A stretch of DNA of 64,000 bases, taken from NCBI GenBank assembly GCA_963666285.1, contig OY762711.1. One strand, 5' to 3'. A program made the position numbers and the translations under genes. A model generated the notes under the pieces. The model had not been told where the DNA came from and did not search any database. It saw only the letters and a program-made list of their open reading frames with translations. This DNA comes from Sedimentisphaerales bacterium. GTDB lineage: Bacteria; Planctomycetota; Phycisphaerae; Sedimentisphaerales; SM23-30. Shown here piece after piece: positions 17,901 to 27,168 of this stretch; position 1 is the first letter of the stretch; every line of letters begins with the position of its first letter.

Positions 17901-20307
17901 TGGTGAAAAGGAAGATTATGATGTGGTCAAGCATGTATATAACAATGCTATCAGCGGTGACTATGATGATATCGTTTCTCTGTTCAACCTGTCGAACGGT
18001 GACGGAGGCGATGAAGTTACCGCCTTCGAAAATCTTAAACTCAAACTTGATGTACCGGACTTTATCGACTACATGCTTGTTAACTACTATATCGGTAACG
18101 GCGACTGGGACCACAAAAACTGGTATGCCAGCCGCAACCATTACGACCCGGATGGCCGTTGGCGCTGGCACACCTGGGACGCCGAGCATATTATGGATGA
18201 CGGCACTTCGCTGGCTCCTTCTGATGTCACTTACAAAAATACATCGATGGCGCCTACCGGCTTGCATAGCAAGTGGATCAAAAACGATGAATATAGAATG
18301 CTGTTTGCCGACAGGGTTTACAAGCACTTCTATCATGACGGTACTATGGCACCCGATAATTTCGTACAGATATTTAACCAGCTGACTGATTCGATTGACC
18401 GTGCTATCGTCTGTGAGTCGGCCCGCTGGGGTGACAACCGTCGCACAACTCCATATACTCGTAATAGTGAATGGCTCACTGAATGCAATCGCCTGAGAAA
18501 TTCTTATATTCCTTCCAGGCGAAATGTCGTCCTTTACCAGTTCCAGTCTTCTTCCAAGAGTCCGGTATGGTACCCTTCTACTGTAGCTCCTGAATTCTAT
18601 ATCGATTCGGTTGCCCAGTATGGCGGCAATACCCCGCTATATGCGAGCCTGACTATGCTGGACACTACCGGTACTATCTATTATACTACCGATGGTACTG
18701 ACCCTCGCCTGCCCGGCGGTGCTGTCAATGTCGCATCTGCCTCTGTTTACAGCTCTGCTATTACTCTGGATCAATCTGTAGAAATAAATGCGCGTGCTTA
18801 TAACGGCGGCGAATGGAGCCCGCTGGCCTCTGCTCTGTTTGATGTCAGTCCTGTTGCTGACAACCTGCGTGTTACCGAGATTATGTATAATCCGGTCGAT
18901 ACAGATACTGAATATATTGAGCTGCAGAATATCAGTTCTACCGAAACAATTAACCTTAATCGTGTCAGCTTTACTAATGGCATAGACTTCGAGTTTGGCG
19001 ATACTATTTTATATCCCGGTCAGTTTGTCGTTATCGTTCAGGATCAGACTGCTTTCGAAGCCAGATATGGTACCGGCCTGAACGTCGCCGGACAGTATAC
19101 CGGTCGTCTCGACAACAATAGCGAAAAGATCGAATTTGCCAGTGCTTCCGGCACTGTCGTCCAGTCCTTCGATTACAAGGACTCCTGGTACACTCTTACC
19201 GACGGCCTTGGGTTCTCGCTCAATATCAGGGACGCTTTCGGAGACCTTACCATCTGGGACGAAAAAGCCGGATGGCGAGCAAGTCTTTATTCTGGCGGCA
19301 CACCAGGAACTGCGGCTGCCCAGGCTCTTGCCGCCGATAGCATTGTCTTTAATGAAATTCTTGCTCATTCCCACTCGACCTATCCGGACTGGATCGAGCT
19401 GAAAAATAATTCCGGGCAGGATATAAATATTGGCGGATGGTTCTTATCTGACCAGTCCGGCAGTGACCCGAATATCATGAAATATCAAATACCTGCTGAT
19501 ACCATTATCGAATCCGGTAAATATGCCTTATTTGTCGGCGATATCTCATTTGATAATTCTCTGGCTGATGGCTGTATCGAACCGTTCGGGCTCAGCGAAG
19601 GTGGCGAAACTGTTTATCTGTTCTCCGGTGATAGCGGCTCTGTTACCGGCTACTATCAGACCCAGCAGAAATTCGATGCCTCGGAAACGGCTGTTACTTT
19701 TGGCCGCTACGAAAAAGCTGAACTGTCGAAAGGGTATGACTTTGTCAGGCTCGCCTCTGCCACTCCGGGCACGGATAACGACTATCCGCTTATCGCTCCT
19801 ATAGTCATTACCGAAATATACTATAACCCGGACGATGGCACAGACTCTGAGTTCGTCGAATTATACAACCGTTCGTCAGAGCCTGTAACTCTTATGACAG
19901 AAATTACCGTCGAGACTTCGCCCGGTGTGTTCACTGTCGAAAGTGTACCTTGGCGATTGGAAGGAACCGGTTTCGAGTTCCCCGAAAATGTTACTATCAA
20001 TCCGTATGAGATTATCATAGTCGCCAAAGAGCCGGACGAATACAGTAAACTCTCCTGCGATGTCTACGGGCCGTACGATGGCAAACTTGACAACGGCGGC
20101 GAGGAACTCGCTATCCAGATTCCGGGCGATAAGGAATATGGCAAAGATCAATACTGGATCCCGGTCGAGATAGTTGATTACGATGATAGCTCTCCATGGC
20201 CGGACAGTGCCGATGGTGACGGCGATTCTATCAACCGCTACGATCCAACCGTATACGGTAGCGACTATACCAACTGGTACGCCGCAACGCCTACCCCAGG
20301 CTATTAA
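14992..20307 (+). CDS. Large secreted lamin-tail-domain / CotH-kinase protein with PKD-like, dockerin-like and Fn3-like modules
   Basis: Signal peptide; dockerin-like GDIGGDCIV..D..QLAADWL / ADLNGDSIV; four LTD starts (INEFMA, VTEIMYNP, FNEILAH, ITEIYYNP); CotH-like VYLNGMYWGLY..HE, GNGDW..KNW, WDAE; YYT.D..(E/D)P modules. ATG at 14992 follows AAGGTG. Confidence 0.85.
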   Translation: MSKKSNTLLCGFSVFFLLLSSFCLADFVAYNDCIRGDGDTTADNVTGYTIYNDYTSNTTGNLIDFATGETTSVTAAFSWNASTGLDTSETSGSADGISQPRPGTPAYDVFGGIVDFSNRLVYYGSSGWWVEIEFSGLKPNSTYSFATTAIRANDYTGRYTLFTISGYTSAVNMSSDDIYYKSGNKTILSAPGNHRDTTGYIVRWDDIQVADQGDGTGSFTVRAEAYDFYKAYPFGGFMLSEVSSNSKPNVSAGDDLVVEYPIEYITLNGSVADDGEGIPQGFLESAWSQVSGPADVEFVTGIDNEDVTVRFPEIGEYTLQLYATDGEFDSYDQVTVTIAEPSCPIGDIGGDCIVEMADMVQLAADWLDDTNAAADLNGDSIVSMIEVSLLAQSWQQNWTGSLQVNISPVDAVNAGARWRVDGGSWLSSGSIVTALPEGSHTIEYAAVTGWVAPDLETVYVTRRQEALLDAVYEVPVQTLAINEFMAVNSNLLDIRPQPETNIYTSVNGEPAYDDWIEIKNMTDDTVSLDGWYLTDNPDNLTKWQFPEGYSITGQGYFTVFASDKDSEKYGYPYIDDDGSLHTNFDLKNSGEYLALVQPDGVTIEQQFSDYPRQRGLVSYGSASDDVDNIGYLTSPTFAAANSAIYDGLVEDTKFSIDRGFYDEPFDLEITCDTVDAQIYYTIDNSEPTETNGTLYTGPITISSTTCLRAAAFKSGLLQSNIDTQTYLFLDDVLTQATGSSGSQVTPTGYPVYWVSRYNGATVAGDYQVDPDITDPDGLYGSVYADGFKDDLQAIPSISLVMPIELLFGSYGIYVDQNQDGTERAGSVEFLDPTGTEKFHTNCGIRMQGGVTDIGGTTLDRWKCYKLSFRLMFRGIFGGQLDYKLFDDSDVDTFNTIVLDSRPQNTWVHSDAVQRTHGEYVRDQVASNTQIAMGGYACHGRPVHVYLNGMYWGLYWMHERPDAAFAASYLGGEKEDYDVVKHVYNNAISGDYDDIVSLFNLSNGDGGDEVTAFENLKLKLDVPDFIDYMLVNYYIGNGDWDHKNWYASRNHYDPDGRWRWHTWDAEHIMDDGTSLAPSDVTYKNTSMAPTGLHSKWIKNDEYRMLFADRVYKHFYHDGTMAPDNFVQIFNQLTDSIDRAIVCESARWGDNRRTTPYTRNSEWLTECNRLRNSYIPSRRNVVLYQFQSSSKSPVWYPSTVAPEFYIDSVAQYGGNTPLYASLTMLDTTGTIYYTTDGTDPRLPGGAVNVASASVYSSAITLDQSVEINARAYNGGEWSPLASALFDVSPVADNLRVTEIMYNPVDTDTEYIELQNISSTETINLNRVSFTNGIDFEFGDTILYPGQFVVIVQDQTAFEARYGTGLNVAGQYTGRLDNNSEKIEFASASGTVVQSFDYKDSWYTLTDGLGFSLNIRDAFGDLTIWDEKAGWRASLYSGGTPGTAAAQALAADSIVFNEILAHSHSTYPDWIELKNNSGQDINIGGWFLSDQSGSDPNIMKYQIPADTIIESGKYALFVGDISFDNSLADGCIEPFGLSEGGETVYLFSGDSGSVTGYYQTQQKFDASETAVTFGRYEKAELSKGYDFVRLASATPGTDNDYPLIAPIVITEIYYNPDDGTDSEFVELYNRSSEPVTLMTEITVETSPGVFTVESVPWRLEGTGFEFPENVTINPYEIIIVAKEPDEYSKLSCDVYGPYDGKLDNGGEELAIQIPGDKEYGKDQYWIPVEIVDYDDSSPWPDSADGDGDSINRYDPTVYGSDYTNWYAATPTPGY

Positions 20308-20334
20308 GCCGTATCCCGCCATTGCCGCGCTCCT

Positions 20335-20760
20335 GTCAACCTTGAGCTTGTCGAATGGCTGCAAATAATTCAAACTAATAATAAAGGGAAGCTGCCCGAC
20401 GCACTTCCCTTTTTTTCTATACATCTTATCCGTAGTCATGTTTTTTTGATGTCAGTTATTTTTAATTCTAAATTTTTAATTTTGAATTCTTAATTTTAAA
20501 TTAAATCCTCTCGCTTCTAACTCTTCTCCTTTACTACCTTCATGGTCAAATAATATTCTTTGCGATCTTTGCGGCCTCTGCGAGCAAAAAATATTTTCAT
20601 CGCTGCCCGGAACTATTACCATTTTCCAATTAACCCAACATTGCATAAGACTAACAGAGCCACGACCGGGAGGAAGCGGCACTTTCGGCGGCAGCCATTT
20701 AACAAGCTATCCGCAAATCCGCCCACCTCAATTTTTAACTTTTCATTATTCATTTTTCTT
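20335..20760. repeat. Mosaic of short repeats and REP-like half-sites
   Basis: Inverted pair 20345-20362 / 20691-20708 (16/18 identical); heptamer tracts ~20460-20503 and 20731-20758; 9-mer tract CTTTGCGAT-CTTTGCGGC-CTCTGCG ~20558-20582. Confidence 0.6.
20383..20416 (+). terminator. Intrinsic terminator of the LTD/CotH gene
   Basis: AAAGGGAAGCTGC-CCGAC-GCACTTCCC followed by T7. Confidence 0.75.
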
Positions 20761-20978
20761 TTAGCAAAGCTTATTGCTCCGCGGCATAAGTCCTTTTATC
20801 ATGAACGTAACGAGTCACCTTATAATTATTGGTACTTATCCGCAACCGTTGATTTATTATTGTCAGTTGTCAAGTCCTGATTTAAAGTTGTCACTTTCCG
20901 TTTCTATTTACTATTGTTTTTTGATGATATATTCCGTAGTGCAGGGAGCCCGAAGGGCGACCGGAACGGAGGAATATA

Positions 20979-21764
20979 TCACGCCGCCATATGCACTTCC
21001 TCAGGCACACGATATCCCAAAGCAAAATGTGGACGACAGGTATTATACAGTTCTATCGCCTGTTTAACCGCAGCATGAACATGAGCTTTTTTCTTAAACG
21101 TATTCTTCAATCCATACTCGTGCTTCAATATACCGTTTAACCTCTCGGCCTGGGCATTCTCATAACAATGATTATCTTCGGTCATACTAACTCGCAGCCC
21201 ATTTCTTTTAAGCTTATCTATATATCTATGGCAGCAATACTGACTGCCACGATCTGAATGATGTATCGTATTACTACCTTTGGGCAATTGCTTTATCGCC
21301 TTTGTTAATGCACGCAAACAACCTTCTGCTTCCAAACTATCACTACAGTCATAGCCAACTATCTTGCGACTAAATGCATCCATTATCAACGACAGATACA
21401 TAAATCCTTCATCTGTATATATGTACGTTATATCACTTACCAGGGCCTGATTGGCTCCTGTAAGCTCTTCATCTTTCAGTATATTCTTATAAGTCTTAAA
21501 GTTATGACGACTGTCTGTCGTTGTCACACTTCGCTTTTTACGCTCTATCAACATATCTGCTTCTGACATCGTTTCATAAAATCTATCTCGCCCTATACTA
21601 ATACCGGCTTTTGCCAGTTTGGGCTTTATACGCTTCAAAACCTTTCTGCAACCCATCTCAGGCTGCAATGATCTTTCCAGCCTGGCCAAAGATATTATCA
21701 GGTCTTTTTCATAGTGCCGCCTGCGCCGAACTTTATGTGATTTATAATAATTCTGACGACTCAT
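20979..21764 (-). CDS. IS3-family transposase OrfB (rve/DDE); frame open upstream to the slip site at ~21857
   Basis: SDITYI, DAFSRKIVG, HHSDRGSQY, ENAQAERLNGILK.E, YN..RPH..L motifs. Confidence 0.93.
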   Translation of the reverse strand: MSRQNYYKSHKVRRRRHYEKDLIISLARLERSLQPEMGCRKVLKRIKPKLAKAGISIGRDRFYETMSEADMLIERKKRSVTTTDSRHNFKTYKNILKDEELTGANQALVSDITYIYTDEGFMYLSLIMDAFSRKIVGYDCSDSLEAEGCLRALTKAIKQLPKGSNTIHHSDRGSQYCCHRYIDKLKRNGLRVSMTEDNHCYENAQAERLNGILKHEYGLKNTFKKKAHVHAAVKQAIELYNTCRPHFALGYRVPEEVHMAA

Positions 21765-21793
21765 GCCAACAGCTTTGCATAAGGAAGTTATCG

Positions 21794-22213
21794 CTATTTT
21801 TTCCTCTTTCTTTTCAACGGTTGCCTCGGACGCTTGTTGAACCGTTTGGTATCGACTTTTTTTTTATACTCCTCGGGATCCAGCCCGTATTCTTTACAAA
21901 TAACCTGAAACCTGGCTTCACTTACAATATTCTCTATATGGCTGTCTGCTAACGCTTCTTTAAGCTGCTTAATCTCTGATTCTAACTTCTTTACATGATC
22001 TTGTTCATCTAGTTTTTCCACGCGTATCACCTTTGGTATCAAATGGTTACGGCCATATTTTCTTAGCCAACTCTTTACTGTTGTTGTACCAGAAATCCCA
22101 TAGCGGGAATTAGCCTCATAAATACTGCTTAGCTTACCAGATTCAAGATCATTTACCACCTGTAATTTAAAGGCTTCGCTGTAGCGATTATAAGTTCGTT
22201 TACTTACCAACAT
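21794..22213 (-). CDS. IS3-family transposase OrfA (HTH)
   Basis: RYSEAFKLQVV..YGI....V..W.RKY HTH, coiled coil, ends near a KKK slippery run. Confidence 0.9.
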   Translation of the reverse strand: MLVSKRTYNRYSEAFKLQVVNDLESGKLSSIYEANSRYGISGTTTVKSWLRKYGRNHLIPKVIRVEKLDEQDHVKKLESEIKQLKEALADSHIENIVSEARFQVICKEYGLDPEEYKKKVDTKRFNKRPRQPLKRKRKK

Positions 22214-22383
22214 TGTTGTCTCCTGTTATTTGTTAAAACATTAAATCTATAATGTGACAACTTATCACAGGACCAGACAACCTCCTTTACACTTTTTATT
22301 TTACCCTTTACACTTTGATGCCGCTTCGCGGCATCTGGTCTGCCCAACCTCCAAAAACAGGCCGACACCCTCAAAGTAAATAT

Positions 22384-22680
22384 CCGCCGCTATAGCTCCG
22401 TAGCCTTCCGTGTACCTTCCGTTGTCCTGCCGTGCTATCACGGCGAGTTCTCCGCATACCCGCAATTATACCACAAGAGCTCTTCTCACCGCCGCGCCAA
22501 TCCGCAGGCCCTCCGTAATCCGCCGCGGCCCGCCGCCCGGTCGTTATTAACCGCTGCCCGCCGCCGTTACTGAGAAGAGCTCTTCTTACAGCCGCGTACC
22601 CGCCGCAAGGGTTCCCTTACCCGCCGTCCTTAGCCGCGTATTCTATATATGCCTTTACGCACCCGCCGTTTACCTCCGCT
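22384..22680 (+). repeat. C-rich degenerate tandem array with ~10-11-bp period
   Basis: CCG at 22387, 22398, 22408, 22419, 22430, 22452, 22492, 22502, 22513, 22523, 22533, 22592, 22603, 22624, 22634, 22666, 22676; AAGAGCTCTTCT twice. Confidence 0.55.
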
Positions 22681-22968
22681 GCTGATCTTACTGCATGATT
22701 AAGTAATCTCCAATCTATTGACCGGCCTGCATCACATTTGTACATTATGGACTGCCCAGTTTGTTCTTGCCCGCTGCTCACCAATTACTACTCCACTCTC
22801 TATCTCGGCATTTGACCGGTAGTTCGCATTTGACTTACCGACTTAAAACTTTATAGCTAAAAACTTAATTATATGGTATAATTACCCGACTTATTATAAG
22901 GCTATATGTAATTTATGCAGGTGTGTTATTCACCTGCCTTTAATTACTTGTTAATAATGGAGTTAGTA

Positions 22969-23442
22969 ATGGTTAAGCAAATTCAGGGTACCCTTCAGGG
23001 TAGCGATGAAAAGTATGCGATTGTTGTAAGTCGCTTTAACGAGTTTATCACCAGCAGGTTATTAGATGGTGCTATCGACTGCCTCAAACGTCATGGCGTC
23101 AAAGAAGCTAATATTACTTCTGCATGGGTGCCGGGTGCTTTCGAAGTACCTCTGGCCGCTGATAAGCTTGCCCAGACCGGTAAATTCGACGCTGTTATTT
23201 GCCTTGCTACTGTAATTCGTGGCCAGACAAGCCATTACGATCACGTCTGCCAGCAGATCACTCGTGGCGTTGGCGAAGTTGGACTCAAAACTGGTGTTCC
23301 AACTATCTTTGGTGTAATCACTTGTGACAATCTGGAACAGGCCGTTGACCGTGCCGGCACAAAAGACGGCAACAATGGCGCCAAGGCTGCCTTATCTGCA
23401 CTCGAAATGGTGCGTCTGGTAGAAGAGATTGAGAAGTTGTAA
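22969..23442 (+). CDS. ribH: 6,7-dimethyl-8-ribityllumazine synthase
   Basis: [41 protein letters not shown] at 22969 after GGAG. Confidence 0.96.
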   Translation: MVKQIQGTLQGSDEKYAIVVSRFNEFITSRLLDGAIDCLKRHGVKEANITSAWVPGAFEVPLAADKLAQTGKFDAVICLATVIRGQTSHYDHVCQQITRGVGEVGLKTGVPTIFGVITCDNLEQAVDRAGTKDGNNGAKAALSALEMVRLVEEIEKL

Positions 23443-23524
23443 TTGTGTAAATTATTGTCACATAGGTAGATAGAATGTGGTTTGACGCTCCGCCCAATCG
23501 GAGGTCTGTCCGGCAAAACTGTTA

Positions 23525-24016
23525 ATGCGAAAAAACAATATGATAAGTGAAGATGGTCTGGTTCTCAAGGGAACCGAAAAAAGAAGACTTGCCAGGATTC
23601 TGGCTATGCAGTTTATATATCAGCTTGATATACAAAAAGGAAAATGCCTGGAACTGCTTGAAACTTTCCTGGAAGAAAATTGTGAAGGTGATATTCAGGT
23701 CAAACGCTCTACCCGTAAGCTGATCAATGGCACATGGCAGGGGCTCAACGCTGTTGATAACATGATCAAAAAATCTTGTAAGAACTGGGATTTCAATAGG
23801 ATAGATGGCGTTGACAAAAGCAATCTCAGGGTGGCTGCTTACCAGCTCCTGGAATGTACTGATGTGCCTCCCAAAGTCGTTCTCAACGAAGCTATCGATA
23901 TTGCAAAGATTTACAGTAGTGTCCAATCGCCTAGATTCATTAACGGCATACTCGACGCGATCCTGAAAGATATGGGCATCTTTCCCAGCACAGAAAAGCA
24001 AACCAGCGAAGGGTAA
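23525..24016 (+). CDS. nusB: Transcription antitermination factor NusB
   Basis: RRLAR..AMQ..YQ, W...RI..VD...LR.A.YQL, P.KVVLNEAI.IAK.Y, FINGILD; start could be 23540. Confidence 0.93.
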   Translation: MRKNNMISEDGLVLKGTEKRRLARILAMQFIYQLDIQKGKCLELLETFLEENCEGDIQVKRSTRKLINGTWQGLNAVDNMIKKSCKNWDFNRIDGVDKSNLRVAAYQLLECTDVPPKVVLNEAIDIAKIYSSVQSPRFINGILDAILKDMGIFPSTEKQTSEG

Positions 24017-24101
24017 GATTGCTGAATCGGCACTGTTGATATTTTAACTGCCTGATTTGCAATCCCTTACGATCATATAAATTACTATACACGAGGTGTA
24101 T

Positions 24102-25034
24102 ATGGCATTTTTTTCAAAAGCATTAGACAAACTGAAAAACGGTCTCAAAAAGAGCCGTGAAAAGATTAGTAATTCGCTCAAAAGCGTTCTTACTTTTGGA
24201 CGCAAAATCGACGAGCAGCTGCTCGAAGAACTCGAAGAACAGCTTATTACCGATGATTTAGGCGTTGAAGCTACTATGAAGATCATCGAAGATCTTCGTA
24301 AAGCTTGGAAAGAAAAGAAGATAGAGTCTGCTGAACATGTTATCCCGTTCCTGAAAGAAGACATTACTTCTTACTGGCCCGAGGAGGACAGGGCTCTTAA
24401 AATCCAGGCTGATGGCCCAACCGTTATCATGGTCACAGGCGTGAACGGCTGTGGCAAGACTACCAGCGTTGGTAAACTCGCCGCTCGGCTAAGCCATGAA
24501 GGCAAAAAAGTTGTACTTGCCGCTTGTGATACCTTCCGTGCCGCAGCGGTCGAACAGCTTACTATATGGTCTGAACGTAGCGGAGTACAGATTGTCAAGC
24601 ATCAGCAAAACAGCGACCCCGCCGCCGTTGCTTACGACGCTTGTGAGGCGACCGTATCACGTGGTGCCGACGTGCTTATCATTGATACCGCCGGTAGATT
24701 GCATACTCAGGATAACCTTATGCGGGAACTCACGAAAATACGTGATGTTATAGCCAAAAAGATACCCGGCGCTCCTCATGAAGTATTGCTCGTTCTCGAT
24801 TCCACTACCGGCCAGAATGCTATCAATCAGGCCAAAATGTTCAATCAGGCCGCTGATCTTACAGGCATAGTTCTTGCCAAACTCGATGGTACTGCCAAAG
24901 GTGGTATCGTAGTTGCTATTAAAGACCAGGTTAATATCCCGGTCAAGTATGTCGGGCTCGGCGAAAAGGTCGATGATATGGAGCCTTTTGATCCGCAAAC
25001 CTTTGTAGAAGCTCTGTTTACAGTTACAGAATAA
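24102..25034 (+). CDS. ftsY: SRP receptor FtsY
   Basis: GVNGCGKTT, DTFRAAAVEQL, DTAGR, KLDGTAKGG motifs. Confidence 0.96.
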   Translation: MAFFSKALDKLKNGLKKSREKISNSLKSVLTFGRKIDEQLLEELEEQLITDDLGVEATMKIIEDLRKAWKEKKIESAEHVIPFLKEDITSYWPEEDRALKIQADGPTVIMVTGVNGCGKTTSVGKLAARLSHEGKKVVLAACDTFRAAAVEQLTIWSERSGVQIVKHQQNSDPAAVAYDACEATVSRGADVLIIDTAGRLHTQDNLMRELTKIRDVIAKKIPGAPHEVLLVLDSTTGQNAINQAKMFNQAADLTGIVLAKLDGTAKGGIVVAIKDQVNIPVKYVGLGEKVDDMEPFDPQTFVEALFTVTE

Positions 25035-25057
25035 TATCTGTATCTATATTGATTATT

Positions 25058-25089
25058 AAAAAAAGCTCATCAGATGATGAGCTTTTTTT
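25058..25089. terminator. Bidirectional terminator between ftsY and ppnP
   Basis: A7-GCTCATC-AGAT-GATGAGC-T7. Confidence 0.85.
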
Positions 25090-25127
25090 GTTTTTAATAG
25101 TTTGCTATCTGGTAATAGTCGGTTGTA

Positions 25128-25409
25128 TTACTTATAAAGGCAAAGATATGAAGTGTCACCTTCTGCTTTTACCTGGAATTTCTGATCAGCCTGAACAATA
25201 AAGGTTTCGCCCTGGCCATAGTCTTTCCATTCTGTCTCGCCTGGCAGCAAAGCAGAAAGTTTACCGCTGGTTACTGTCATGTATTCTATTGTCGCTGTGC
25301 CAAACTCGTATTCTCCGGCAGCCATAACTCCAATAGTAGCAGGACATTCTGCAGTTTCAAACGCGATTGACTTTACTTTTCCTTCGAAATATTCATTTGT
25401 CTTGAACAC
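25128..25409 (-). CDS. ppnP: Pyrimidine/purine nucleoside phosphorylase (YaiE/PpnP)
   Basis: NEYFEGKVKSIAF, GVMAAGEYEFGT..E.M, YLCLY; 93-aa cupin; GTG start after GGAG. Confidence 0.93.
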   Translation of the reverse strand: MFKTNEYFEGKVKSIAFETAECPATIGVMAAGEYEFGTATIEYMTVTSGKLSALLPGETEWKDYGQGETFIVQADQKFQVKAEGDTSYLCLYK

Positions 25410-25442
25410 TATATTTATCTCCGTATATGACTTATAGTTAAT

Positions 25443-25473
25443 AAAAAAAGGGCACAGCTTAAACCATGCCCTT
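25443..25473 (-). terminator. Terminator after pgk
   Basis: AAGGGCA..TGCCCTT stem with A run on + strand (U run on -). Confidence 0.55.
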
Positions 25474-25534
25474 AAAATTCTCTAGTTAAAGTTAAAAAAC
25501 TTCTTACTTCTCGCTTCTATCTTCCGGCTTGTTA

Positions 25535-26734
25535 TTATTTGTCATCCAGGATAGTCAGACAGGTAAATTCTCTGCCTTCCAGGAATTCAAGAGATGCGCC
25601 ACCACCAGTTGAGATATGGCTCATTTTTTCGTCCAGTCCCATTATTTCTACAGCAGCCGCACTATCACCTCCGCCGATGATGCTTACTGCACCATTATCA
25701 GTAGCATCGGCAATCGCCTGGGCTACTGCCTTGGTACCGGCATCAAAAGGTTCCATTTCAAATACGCCCATTGGACCGTTCCATACGATCGTCTTAGCGT
25801 CTAAGATTTTTTCTGCAAACAGCTTACGGGTTTCCGGGCCAATGTCCAAACCTTCCCAGCCGTCATCAATACTGCCAGAGCATACTTTGTTTTCAGCATT
25901 TGCCTTGAACTCAGTTGCCGCTATATTGTCTACCGGCAGTACCAGCTCGCAATTGTTAGCTTTTGCCTTTTCCAGCAGTTCCAATGCAAGTTCCATCTTG
26001 TCATCTTCACAGATACTATTACCGATTGACAGGCCTTGTGCTTTGAAGAATGTATAAGCCATACCGCCGCCGATCAGGATGCGGTCAACCTTTGGTATCA
26101 GGTTATCGATAACCTGGATCTTGTCACTTACCTTGGCACCGCCCAGAATTGCAACGAACGGACGTTGTGGATCGCTTAGTGCATCACCCAGGTATTTCAG
26201 CTCTTTTTCGATCAGGTATCCGCATACGCGGTTGCCTGCACCCAGTTCACTTGGCACGCCGTACATACTCGCATGTTCGCGGTGAGCGGTTCCAAATGCG
26301 TCATTTACATAGATATCTGCCAGTGAAGCCAGTGCCTTGGCAAATTCTGGCTCGTTTTTGGTTTCGCCGGCGTGGAAACGTACGTTTTCAAGTACAACAA
26401 CATCGCCTTCTGCCATTGCGTCAACCATAGCCTGTACTTCAGGACCGATACAGTCCGGAGCCAGTTTAACTTCTTTACCTAGTAGCTCACCCAGTCGTTT
26501 GGCGGCTGGAGCTAACGAGTATTTAGGATCAGCTGCACCTTTAGGACGGCCCAAATGGGATGCCAAAATCAGCTTAGCGCCGCCTTCCAGGGCTTTCTTG
26601 ATACTTGGAAGAGCCATTTGGATACGACGATCATTTGTTACTTCACATTTGTCATTCAGAGGCACGTTAAAATCAACACGCATGAATACTTTTTTGCCTT
26701 TTACATCGATATCAGCAATTGTTTTTTTAGCCAT
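25535..26734 (-). CDS. pgk: Phosphoglycerate kinase
   Basis: [55 protein letters not shown]; start at MAKK. Confidence 0.98.
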   Translation of the reverse strand: MAKKTIADIDVKGKKVFMRVDFNVPLNDKCEVTNDRRIQMALPSIKKALEGGAKLILASHLGRPKGAADPKYSLAPAAKRLGELLGKEVKLAPDCIGPEVQAMVDAMAEGDVVVLENVRFHAGETKNEPEFAKALASLADIYVNDAFGTAHREHASMYGVPSELGAGNRVCGYLIEKELKYLGDALSDPQRPFVAILGGAKVSDKIQVIDNLIPKVDRILIGGGMAYTFFKAQGLSIGNSICEDDKMELALELLEKAKANNCELVLPVDNIAATEFKANAENKVCSGSIDDGWEGLDIGPETRKLFAEKILDAKTIVWNGPMGVFEMEPFDAGTKAVAQAIADATDNGAVSIIGGGDSAAAVEIMGLDEKMSHISTGGGASLEFLEGREFTCLTILDDK

Positions 26735-27168
26735 TTTATATGTTCCTTTCCAAAACTGAAAAGCCAGTCTAAATCTATATATACCCATTATATACTGGTA
26801 TACGGGCATGTCTCTCTGCCCACATTAAACCTGCGTAATTATACTGGTACCCGGCCTAAATAACAAATAAATAATTCGTTCCTTTAGGTACGATTAATGG
26901 TGGCTGATCATATAGCGGCTTGGTGTCCCTTAGTTTTAACTCCTTATAATAAATATCCTTACGTTTACTTTTGGCGATTATTGAAATATAGCCAGTCAAA
27001 AAATCAGGGGAAAAAGCTATAAATTCAGGAATTTCATCTATTATTCATTTTAGGATGAAATCTTATTCATGTAAAATGTCATATCCTTAAGAACATAACC
27101 GTATTATTTACGTAACAATTACTTAACTGATTAAATAATAAACCCCAGTCCCTTTTTAGGAGTACAAA

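Larger units (their letters stand above)
20868..22279 (-). mobile_element. IS3-family insertion sequence, 1412 bp
   Basis: Imperfect terminal IRs TGTCAAGTCCTGATTTAAAGTTGTCAC and (rev. comp.) TGTCTGGTCCTGTGATAAGTTGTCAC with TG...CA ends; orfA plus DDE orfB; no target duplication visible. Confidence 0.92.

Noticed and set aside
20476..21067. Short ORFs left of and overlapping the IS end
   Set aside because: They are translations of short repeats and IS terminal sequence
20861..22286. Target-site duplication of the IS3 element
   Set aside because: Flanks ..CAGT and ACCT.. share no 3-5-bp direct repeat
22384..22680. CRISPR array
   Set aside because: No identical 23-47-bp repeats with regular spacers and no cas genes in the window
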